A stretch of DNA of 64,000 bases from a virus (Duplodnaviria; Heunggongvirae; Uroviricota; Caudoviricetes). The position numbers and the translations under genes are program-made. Location: IMG/VR virus record IMGVR_UViG_3300006143_000275, one strand, 5' to 3'. A model generated the notes under the pieces. It was not told where the DNA came from. It made no database searches and saw only the letters and a program-made list of their open reading frames with translations. Shown here piece by piece: positions 56,932 to 64,000 of this stretch; position 1 is the stretch's first letter, and the number at the start of each line of letters is the position of its first letter.

Positions 56932-57249
56932 ATGCGGACTTGTAAAATCCTGCTTATCTCAATCATATCGGCTATAGCTATGTTCATCATCTCAATCAAT
57001 TTCGTGTTCAAAATTCCAGCATCCCCTGGATATGAGGATGATGCAATGCTCATTACTTCGGCTGTTGGAGTTGCTCTTGCCTTGATTGTTGCATTGGTCG
57101 CCGCACTCATTAGTAACAAATTACTCCCCAGAACCAATAAGAGCGATCTTGAGAATAAACTCAAAGACCTAAGTTCCATGCGCAAAAATGGAACAATTAC
57201 TCAGGATGAATATGAAGCTAAGCGCAAACAACTGATTGAACGATATTGA
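56932..57249 (+). CDS. Two-TM membrane protein with C-terminal SHOCT domain (moron)
   Basis: Opposite strand to neighbours, extended -10 TGTGTTATACT upstream, SD AAAGGAG, LKDLSSMRKNGTITQDEYEAKRKQLI. Confidence 0.8.
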   Translation: MRTCKILLISIISAIAMFIISINFVFKIPASPGYEDDAMLITSAVGVALALIVALVAALISNKLLPRTNKSDLENKLKDLSSMRKNGTITQDEYEAKRKQLIERY

Positions 57250-57254
57250 TAGGA

Positions 57255-57827
57255 TCAAGAAACCCGCCTGATGGCGGGTTTTCTGTTCCCAAGCAGTTCT
57301 TTACGGGCTATGTACTGTGCGTCTCTGATGACTCTTGATGCCCACGACCGGCTGAAACCATAGATTTCGGCAATCTCTACAGCTTTGAACCCATCAAGGT
57401 GCATTTGGAATGCTTCGGCATCTCGCTCTGATAGTTTCTTTTTGACGGAGGACAAATCGTAGTCGATCTCGCAATAGCCCTCCTCGATGACTGGTATCAG
57501 ATGTCCAACTGTAATGTCACTTCCGGATTCTCTGTCGGTCTCAATCACACGATCAAGCGACTCCACACACCCAAGCTTCCATTCGTTGTTGCGGTTCTGC
57601 AGCTCATGCACGATTGCGTTATAGATACACTTGCTCGCAAACGTAGAGAACTTACTTTTCCCGCCGTCAAACCTCTCGCAAGCCCTCCATAGGCCAATTC
57701 TGCCGCACTGTATAAGATCTTCGTCGGCGCGATAGTCGTAGAAATACTTGTTGATAATGAAATATACCAGCTTTTCATTATCAATAATTTGATGTTCAAT
57801 TTCTTGGTTAGACACAAATACCACCAC
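57255..57827 (-). CDS. Phage sigma-70 family RNA polymerase sigma factor (regions 2 and 4)
   Basis: NEKLVYFI, EDLIQCGRIGLWRACERFD...FSTFASKCI, SLD, EIAEIYGFSRSWASR. Confidence 0.88.
   Translation of the reverse strand: MVVFVSNQEIEHQIIDNEKLVYFIINKYFYDYRADEDLIQCGRIGLWRACERFDGGKSKFSTFASKCIYNAIVHELQNRNNEWKLGCVESLDRVIETDRESGSDITVGHLIPVIEEGYCEIDYDLSSVKKKLSERDAEAFQMHLDGFKAVEIAEIYGFSRSWASRVIRDAQYIARKELLGNRKPAIRRVS
57258..57284. terminator. Bidirectional terminator between SHOCT gene and sigma factor
   Basis: AGAAACCCGCC-TGAT-GGCGGGTTTTCT. Confidence 0.7.
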
Positions 57828-57846
57828 CTTTGCGCAGCCAGCAGGT

Positions 57847-58194
57847 TTATGACACCTTAGTTAAATCTCCAATCCAAAACAGCCATTTCGGTTCGGTTTT
57901 ATCTTCAACAAGGCATACAATACTTTGACGGAGCCTCTCATCATATGCGACAGTGAAAACTGTTTCAGTGTTTTCTTCACAGAACTTTCGGTATGCAGGC
58001 AGTTGTTGCTGATAGCCAGGATGCTTCATGATGGCATCAAGGTTAAGCTTTACTTTGTCACCCTCTTTGATTGGCCAATCCCCTTCAATGGCGGCCTTGA
58101 ACTGGTTGGCTATTTTTATGTCATTGAGAACGCCCATAAACGTTCCGTTCTTTGCCGTACGCCGTCTTTCTTCACGATTCATATAGCACCTCAA
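57847..58194 (-). CDS. Hypothetical protein
   Basis: ORF track; likely start MNREERR. Confidence 0.55.
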   Translation of the reverse strand: MRCYMNREERRRTAKNGTFMGVLNDIKIANQFKAAIEGDWPIKEGDKVKLNLDAIMKHPGYQQQLPAYRKFCEENTETVFTVAYDERLRQSIVCLVEDKTEPKWLFWIGDLTKVS

Positions 58195-58685
58195 TGATTG
58201 TCATTATCTGTATGAACATAAACGCCTCGACCGTAAACGAATTCAATCACATCAACACCATATTCATCCAAAAATTCTTGCGTTGTCATGTAATCCTCAT
58301 GGCTTTGATGATCAATGTATCCACCATCAATTCCGTCCAACATGACACCTTTACAACCGGCGTACTTTGCAACCGCATCGCTGATCATCTTGAAGTCTTT
58401 CGTCTTCATGAACCTCTTGATATCATCCGGCTGGGAATACTCGTCAGACCAACTGTGGACGCTTGGCGGGTTTTTCATGTACGCCATTGTCAAAAGATAA
58501 GACAGCTTTGCATCTTGATCTCTGTATGTCTCAATCTCCCACCCAAATTCGTCAAGGCTTGCATGGATATACCCGTCGTTTCCAACCGGCATCCAGTTTT
58601 GCTGAAGCCCTTTACCGCATCTCACAGAAACAGAATGTGTACTGCTGCTGTTTGTCTCAAATACGCCGTTTCTAATTTGCCTCAT
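58191..58685 (-). CDS. Hypothetical protein (RxxVFETNSSSTHS family)
   Basis: N-terminal MRQIRNGVFETNSSSTHS and GYIDHQS motifs are frequent in phages. Confidence 0.65.
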   Translation of the reverse strand: MRQIRNGVFETNSSSTHSVSVRCGKGLQQNWMPVGNDGYIHASLDEFGWEIETYRDQDAKLSYLLTMAYMKNPPSVHSWSDEYSQPDDIKRFMKTKDFKMISDAVAKYAGCKGVMLDGIDGGYIDHQSHEDYMTTQEFLDEYGVDVIEFVYGRGVYVHTDNDNH

Positions 58686-59250
58686 TTGCTTTCTCCTCCT
58701 TAGCGGTAGAAATGATTTCGTTGAGTGTACGTGGAGTATAGTCCATCCATGGCATCATCGCACCAACATTGAACATATTGCATTGACGGTCGTATAACTC
58801 CTTCATTAAGAATTTGGTATGTTCCATCATGTTATACTCAAACGAATTATGTACGTGCCCGTAAAGGTGATACCAGCCATAGAAATGATTCTTGAAGCAT
58901 GGAATTGGGTAGTGGCATAGCACAACCTTACGATCCTTGTCTTCAATTTCCATATACTCGGATACCTTTACGAACTGATCCACGAACCTCTTGATATGAC
59001 ACCTGTCATGATTCCCTTTGACCAGGAAAATCTCTCCGGCCAGAGAATTAAGAATCGGGATTGCTGTGTCCGCATTGCACCAGAACATATCGCCAAGCAC
59101 ATATACGGAGTCGCCAGGCTTAACTACACTATTCCAGCGTCCCACAAGAGCTGTATTCATTTGCTCAATAGTTGTGAACGGGCGATTATCAAAGGCCAGA
59201 CAGTTCTTATGACCATAGTGCCAATCCGAGATATAAAACTTTTCAGGCAT
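58672..59250 (-). CDS. Calcineurin-like metallophosphoesterase
   Basis: SDWHYGH, GDMF, GNHD, CHYP, GHVH. Confidence 0.88.
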   Translation of the reverse strand: MPEKFYISDWHYGHKNCLAFDNRPFTTIEQMNTALVGRWNSVVKPGDSVYVLGDMFWCNADTAIPILNSLAGEIFLVKGNHDRCHIKRFVDQFVKVSEYMEIEDKDRKVVLCHYPIPCFKNHFYGWYHLYGHVHNSFEYNMMEHTKFLMKELYDRQCNMFNVGAMMPWMDYTPRTLNEIISTAKEEKANEAN

Positions 59251-59431
59251 TGCGCATCACCTCATTCCCGCCCTTACGACTCTTAAACCTGTCGTCAACG
59301 ATAAGATTCTCGCCAACAATCATCCCGCCCGCAATAGCTGATCCAAGAAGGTACTCCGGCTTGCTTGCAGGGCACTCTGAACACGACCTGTTCTCATAGG
59401 GGCCGCAACTGCCGTTTCGATAACACGCCAT
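59243..59431 (-). CDS. Small Cys-rich hypothetical protein
   Basis: 62-aa ORF with SD AAAGGAGG; C...C...CSEC. Confidence 0.5.
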   Translation of the reverse strand: MACYRNGSCGPYENRSCSECPASKPEYLLGSAIAGGMIVGENLIVDDRFKSRKGGNEVMRNA

Positions 59432-59446
59432 AATTGCCGCCTCCTT

Positions 59447-59878
59447 TCAATTTAACGTTTTGACCATAGACCAGCAGCCGTCCATGAATACCTTTCTATA
59501 TCCATATCTGGAAAGCGCCTTTTCGTACATACGAAATCGTTTTGAGTCTGTTGCGCAGACCACAATCTTCGTGTCTTCCACCTTGTCTGTCGGAACAAAT
59601 TCTTCAAACTCCAGAAGTCTGTCACGACACCAAAGCAACGCTTCTACTCCGCATCGTCCGGTCATCTTATACTCGATGTTATTGTTCTTGTTATTCTCAA
59701 ACCATCCATTCAGGTTCTTCTTTTTGTCCGCAACAGCAAAAGCCACATAATAGCAGGTAGCGCGCTTCGTGTGAAAGCGGAAGAAACCAACCATACAGTA
59801 TTGTCCGTTGGATAACTTGTGTCTGGAATAGAATCCCTCGCTTTCTTTGTTCCATGTGAAGCTGGATGCGGGCTCCAT
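59447..59878 (-). CDS. Hypothetical protein
   Basis: 143-aa ORF in operon. Confidence 0.55.
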   Translation of the reverse strand: MEPASSFTWNKESEGFYSRHKLSNGQYCMVGFFRFHTKRATCYYVAFAVADKKKNLNGWFENNKNNNIEYKMTGRCGVEALLWCRDRLLEFEEFVPTDKVEDTKIVVCATDSKRFRMYEKALSRYGYRKVFMDGCWSMVKTLN

Positions 59879-59879
59879 A

Positions 59880-60332
59880 TCAACCGAACCCTACGACATG
59901 CAGGTCATCGTCAATCATTAGATCGATTTCGTCTGACTCCAAGTCAGCCACCTGCTGCACAGCCGCAATAATACGGTTGTGAACCTCTTGGATGTTCTTG
60001 GGCTCAGTATCTCGCATCTCCCAAGGCATGGAGGGTGGGTAATAGAAGTAGTAGCTGCCCTCGCCATCATCACCATAAGTGATGGAGTCTGTATCATCGC
60101 AATGGGTCAGCAGGTCAGCAATATTATCGAACGGTTGGCCGTACAGATAGTCTTCAATATCGAGCGAACTGAAGTCTCCGGAAGCGACCATGCGTTTCAG
60201 TTCCGTCACCGTTCCCGGCTCCTGACCAAGCTGCTCAATCAGGAACTGCGCAAGTTTTTCACTGTTCAGGTACGGAATAATTTTGTCGGTGTCCAGTCCG
60301 ACGCCTTCGATCATCCAATAGCTCATACTCAT
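59880..60332 (-). CDS. Acidic hypothetical protein
   Basis: Start revised to MSMSYW behind SD AAGGAGG. Confidence 0.55.
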   Translation of the reverse strand: MSMSYWMIEGVGLDTDKIIPYLNSEKLAQFLIEQLGQEPGTVTELKRMVASGDFSSLDIEDYLYGQPFDNIADLLTHCDDTDSITYGDDGEGSYYFYYPPSMPWEMRDTEPKNIQEVHNRIIAAVQQVADLESDEIDLMIDDDLHVVGFG

Positions 60333-60346
60333 GCCAGCATTCCTCC

Positions 60347-60958
60347 TTAATGTTCGTTGAAAATTACCTGCTCTCCTCTCTGGAGAGTCCAGCATCCATC
60401 GTCTGTGCAAGCGCACTCAGTACAGTTACCTCCGCAAAGTTTCGCGTCATCTCTCGCGGTGGTAGAGCCGTCGCGGTATCTGACATGAGCCTCGGGGAGC
60501 AGAAATGGGTTCTGCATCTCAAGTCCAGTCCATGCGCTAAGGATCATATGTAAATTTGATGGGAGAACGGCTCCACCTGAAAGATAATCGTTCACCAACT
60601 CATACTTCTTTGTGAAGCATAAGATTTGGCAATGCTGGTTTCTCTGCGCGACATCGACCATCCGGATCAAATACGTGATGTCGGGAATATCGCCCGATAC
60701 GTGGAATCTAAAAAATCGAGACAGCATGATTGCCGCCTCGACCTCTCTCCAATATGTATCTGGATCGCTCTGAAGAACATCCAGGTTTCGTTTGTACGCC
60801 GCCGCTACTGCCGGTCGCAGACGTTCCAGCTTCCTCGCATAACACTTTTGCTGACATGCGCACTTCCGGCACGTTACCACAGATGGAAGAGATACGCTGG
60901 AGATCTTCCCCATCTTCTTGTTTGCGCTGCTGATACTTACCTCGCTCACCGTCACCAC
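60347..60958 (-). CDS. Gp88-like (radical-SAM-related) cysteine-rich protein
   Basis: NKKMG..S.SLP...TC..CAC..KCYA, FRFHVSGD, FTK, C-terminal C..C..C..C. Confidence 0.65.
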   Translation of the reverse strand: MVTVSEVSISSANKKMGKISSVSLPSVVTCRKCACQQKCYARKLERLRPAVAAAYKRNLDVLQSDPDTYWREVEAAIMLSRFFRFHVSGDIPDITYLIRMVDVAQRNQHCQILCFTKKYELVNDYLSGGAVLPSNLHMILSAWTGLEMQNPFLLPEAHVRYRDGSTTARDDAKLCGGNCTECACTDDGCWTLQRGEQVIFNEH

Positions 60959-60964
60959 TCCTTC

Positions 60965-61720
60965 TTATGTTTTCGTATCACAGTCAAACCTCCGTTTAAG
61001 TTCAAATATTCCTCTTGATTCGCCATTATAAAAGCCCTTAAACGGCCTGTTAATCTGGCGCTGTAAATCTTCAAGTTTACTCCAATACTGCGGAAGATAA
61101 CGGTAGATATTCCGCAGTTCCTTCAGGTTCTTGTTTGCACAGCACCAGCATGAAACTCTATCGAGGATGTCGTACAGATCTATTGTACCGGATTCTGTTT
61201 CTGGAGACTTTTCCTTCCAGCTCCATCCCCTATTCCTGCAATAAGAAAGGCAGTCTGCTTCTGTCATTCCCCATTCAACAAGCGGCAAAAGCTTTCCTTC
61301 AGATTTCTCCTTCTCAAACCGTTCTGGTTCATCCGCTGCAATCCCAACATAGTCTGTAACGTCATCTGCCAAAGATTTTTTGAACCTCCGGATCGCCGCT
61401 GTCTTCGCAGTTGTTCCCCAGCGGCATCTACCGCCGCACCACGCATATCCATAATGACACGATCCATCACGGGACCTTACCGGCCTTTCTAACATGGAAT
61501 ACAGAAATGGTTCAGCCGGGTATAGCTCAATAAAATCTATGCCAAGGCTACACAGTATCGGCTTCATTTTGTCCCTGATGCGATATATTGCGTCAAATTC
61601 CATTCCCGTATTATAGAAAACAACGGCATCCAGAGGTTTCTTTTCTTCTACCAAACGCAGCAACATGGAAAGTGAGTCCTTCCCGAAGCTGACGCTCGCT
61701 ATATATTTCATACCGACCAC
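60965..61720 (-). CDS. PAPS reductase family (PP-loop, DndC/CysH-like) protein 2
   Basis: SFGKDS PP-loop, WCGGRCRWG, YVGIAADEPER, RVSCWCC. Confidence 0.85.
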   Translation of the reverse strand: MVGMKYIASVSFGKDSLSMLLRLVEEKKPLDAVVFYNTGMEFDAIYRIRDKMKPILCSLGIDFIELYPAEPFLYSMLERPVRSRDGSCHYGYAWCGGRCRWGTTAKTAAIRRFKKSLADDVTDYVGIAADEPERFEKEKSEGKLLPLVEWGMTEADCLSYCRNRGWSWKEKSPETESGTIDLYDILDRVSCWCCANKNLKELRNIYRYLPQYWSKLEDLQRQINRPFKGFYNGESRGIFELKRRFDCDTKT

Positions 61721-61871
61721 AACCGAATCTGGCTGAGGTCAACCGCCTAATCCTCCCAAGCTTGTACTTACTGGTTTGTACTCACGCTGTAACAGGCAGC
61801 TTTACCATGCACTTTTCAATCCTACATGAACCTGGTTTACCAGGATTGGTATTATCTCCTTTCTCTGTTCA

Positions 61872-62324
61872 TCATGCGTACACCGCCACCGGAATTGTGG
61901 ACATCCCACATTCCTTGCACGCAATGTATGCGGTGTATCCATCGAGGAGGATACCTTCATCGTCGATATCGACCTTCGTTCGCACGCAGCCATAAGACCG
62001 CAGCTCACGCCTGCGCCGCTCAACCTTGTTCTCATGCGGCTGATGAAGCTCCATCCAGATCGGAATCCTGACACCCACAATATCAATGTTTTTCACAACA
62101 GCAATGATATTGCGCAGCGGCGTGGTGGCGCCATTCTCCGCCGTTACGCGTTCTGCATCCTCGCCTGACAGAACAGGCGATACAACGCAGCCCGGGTTGT
62201 TTCCTCGCCTTGTTTCACATATCACATTGGCGCCTTGATGGATATGCGGCAAGATGCTATCTGGGACAGAAAAACAATATTTCTTCGTCTGCTGTTCGCT
62301 ATGCTTTACGAGTACGATGTTCAT
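61872..62324 (-). CDS. Hypothetical protein, possible ParB-like C-terminal part
   Basis: Start revised to MNIVLVKH behind GGAGG; IDDEGILLDGYTAYIA is ParB-like. Confidence 0.5.
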   Translation of the reverse strand: MNIVLVKHSEQQTKKYCFSVPDSILPHIHQGANVICETRRGNNPGCVVSPVLSGEDAERVTAENGATTPLRNIIAVVKNIDIVGVRIPIWMELHQPHENKVERRRRELRSYGCVRTKVDIDDEGILLDGYTAYIACKECGMSTIPVAVYA

Positions 62325-62397
62325 TGTGATTCCTCCTATCATAATAACCGTTTGATGGTTTGCGTACAAAAATGTTTCAATTCTTTGACCTGTCCCA

Positions 62398-62426
62398 TTG
62401 ACAACCTTTGCGCTATCGCTTATACT
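62398..62426 (+). promoter_or_regulatory. Near-consensus sigma-A promoter of a moron
   Basis: TTGACA-17 nt-TATACT. Confidence 0.85.
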
Positions 62427-62458
62427 GGGAACATCTTTCAGAAAGGTGGTATAACAAC

Positions 62459-62656
62459 ATGGCCGCTAAAAGCGTTGAGGAAAGAATCGCCCTTATTGAG
62501 GACAAAATCGCCAAGAAAAAATCAGAGATCGAAGCCCTCGAAGCGCAGAAGCAGAAGCTTCAGCATCCGGTCAACATGAAGACTGTTATGGCGAAAGCCA
62601 AAGAGGCTGGCCTTTCTCCGGAAGAGATCGCTGAAAAACTCGGTTTAGAAGTCTAA
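62459..62656 (+). CDS. Small coiled-coil protein (moron)
   Basis: 65 aa, MAAKSVEERIALIEDKIAKKKSEIEALE...GLSPEEIAEKLGLEV. SD AAAGGTGG, own promoter and terminator. Confidence 0.8.
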   Translation: MAAKSVEERIALIEDKIAKKKSEIEALEAQKQKLQHPVNMKTVMAKAKEAGLSPEEIAEKLGLEV

Positions 62657-62657
62657 G

Positions 62658-62697
62658 AAAAAGCCCGCCCAGTACATAGATACAGGGCGGGTGTTTT
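62658..62697. terminator. Bidirectional terminator
   Basis: AAAAAGCCCGCCC...GGGCGGGTGTTTT. Confidence 0.7.
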
Positions 62698-62712
62698 CAT
62701 AAAAGTCAGGTT

Positions 62713-63561
62713 TTATAATCCGGTCTGTGTGCTTCGGAAGTTGATAGGCTTGCTAGTTCTTTTGTTAACACCGTGACCGACAACATGGACGCTGTAGTCC
62801 TCCCATTTCTCGCCATTCTTGTTGTACTCAGTATCGTCATCGTACACACCTTCCTCGCGCTCTACCACAAACTGAACAGTCCCTTTGAAATCAGGGATCA
62901 GCGTCGTTGTCCATGTCCGCTCTTTGTGATAGTCGAAGTCTGGATTATACTTGATAACTTCATCCAGCAGAAAAACAGAAACGAGCCCTGCATCTGCGCA
63001 GAACTCGCCAATAGATTCCTTGGTATCTGTATTGTAGACCGTACAGCCCCAGTCGCCATAAATGGTGTCGCGGGTCATAAAGTTCTTGATGCCTAGGTCT
63101 TCCATGTTTTCGCCGTAGTTACACGCCGCCCAATCGTCCTCGGTGATAGGTGTTGTACCATGGTGCTCAGCACGCATAATGTAGCAGGGGTCTGTGATGA
63201 TGATGTCGCCATCGAATTCAACTTTGTCTGAATCAAGATATCTGTCCAGCCCACGGCGAATCATATAGAGTATCGACTCATACTTTGCAACACCAGTGTT
63301 TTTGACAAAGCCCATAATGTCGAAATAGTTGAGTGCAAAATCCTTGTCGCCCTTATGGTTCTCATATAGCTTGAGCCTTGCGGCTGTGTCGAAACAACTG
63401 TACGGATTACCGTCGTGGTTATCGAGAAGCGCGATCAAGTCTTGTTTGTCCTGTACTGTAAATAGTTCAGAAGCATTGATTGTTTCAGCGATTTTGTCTC
63501 GCATAGACTGTGCTTCCAACATAAGTTGCTGTTTTCTGGTATCAACCCATTGCTTGTCCAT
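62713..63561 (-). CDS. Hypothetical protein with DUF4241-like C-terminal domain
   Basis: GDIIITDPCY...DAGLVSVF. Confidence 0.55.
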   Translation of the reverse strand: MDKQWVDTRKQQLMLEAQSMRDKIAETINASELFTVQDKQDLIALLDNHDGNPYSCFDTAARLKLYENHKGDKDFALNYFDIMGFVKNTGVAKYESILYMIRRGLDRYLDSDKVEFDGDIIITDPCYIMRAEHHGTTPITEDDWAACNYGENMEDLGIKNFMTRDTIYGDWGCTVYNTDTKESIGEFCADAGLVSVFLLDEVIKYNPDFDYHKERTWTTTLIPDFKGTVQFVVEREEGVYDDDTEYNKNGEKWEDYSVHVVGHGVNKRTSKPINFRSTQTGL

Positions 63562-63583
63562 TCCGTCCTGGCCACCTTTCTCT

Positions 63584-64000
63584 TTAATTAAATATCACAT
63601 CTTTGTTAAACTTTTCTTTGAATAGTCTTTTGGCAAACATCATGTGAGCTTCTACTTGCTCGATGTACGGAATACTGGTGTCATATCCAAAATATAGAGT
63701 AAACAGCAGAGCATCTAAAAGCAATCCATTGATTTTGCTTTTATCCATCCTGAAAGTTACCTCTATCAATCCGCCAATCAGTCGATTCCACGCTTGCGTC
63801 ATTTGTTCGGTCTCAATAATCTTGAACTCGTCGAGCCATTCCTGCAACGTCCACTGCTTTCCATCCTTGCAGCTCGGCTGACAGGTTCTTGGGTTCAGGA
63901 AGTAATGAAATGTGTTGTCCCTCAAGTCATAGAATCGGCCAAGAGGATACAGCGCACAGACGGCAGGCTTATTTTGATGTACCATACAGCGGCCTTTCCG
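63584..64000 (-). CDS. YkgJ-family cysteine-cluster (Zn/Fe-S) protein, 5' end outside the window
   Basis: Frame open to the window end: RKGRCMVHQNKPAVCALYP matches the YkgJ C-x-I/V-H/Y-xx-R/K-P-xx-C-xx-Y/F-P pattern. Confidence 0.65.
   Translation of the reverse strand, partial: RKGRCMVHQNKPAVCALYPLGRFYDLRDNTFHYFLNPRTCQPSCKDGKQWTLQEWLDEFKIIETEQMTQAWNRLIGGLIEVTFRMDKSKINGLLLDALLFTLYFGYDTSIPYIEQVEAHMMFAKRLFKEKFNKDVIFN

Noticed and set aside
1-64000. CRISPR arrays, tRNA and rRNA genes
   Set aside because: No regularly spaced direct repeats, cloverleaf/T-loop patterns or rRNA-like sequence were recognised.

Overview
This window is a contiguous 64-kb segment of a large temperate tailed phage, probably a siphovirus with SPbeta-like organisation. 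The host is inferred to be an anaerobic Clostridia/Bacillota bacterium (GGAGG Shine-Dalgarno sites, SLH-like endolysin, class III RNR). From 1 to 27.4 kb the + strand carries the tail module (tape measure, Dit, tail protein, a chain of fibre/adaptor proteins), a diversity-generating retroelement (C-type-lectin receptor-binding target, VR 20199-20340, TR 20541-20682, RT), a tyrosine recombinase and the lysis cassette. From 27.6 to 64 kb the - strand carries a large serine integrase, nucleotide-metabolism genes (dut, CYTH, FTR-like, nrdG, nrdD, glutaredoxin, NT5C, DUF5664, thyX), a C5 methyltransferase, two PAPS-reductase-family proteins and a cysteine desulfurase. It also carries dnaE split by a 900-nt group I intron with an HNH endonuclease, primase/helicase/recombination genes, a mazF plus MrpR-like operon, a CI-like repressor with face-to-face promoters and a sigma factor. 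The most unusual element is the DGR: its RT has YMDN in place of YxDD, there is no avd gene in the cassette, and 31 of 39 TR adenines differ in the VR, 27 of them to G. All family assignments come from motif recognition by eye; no database search was run.
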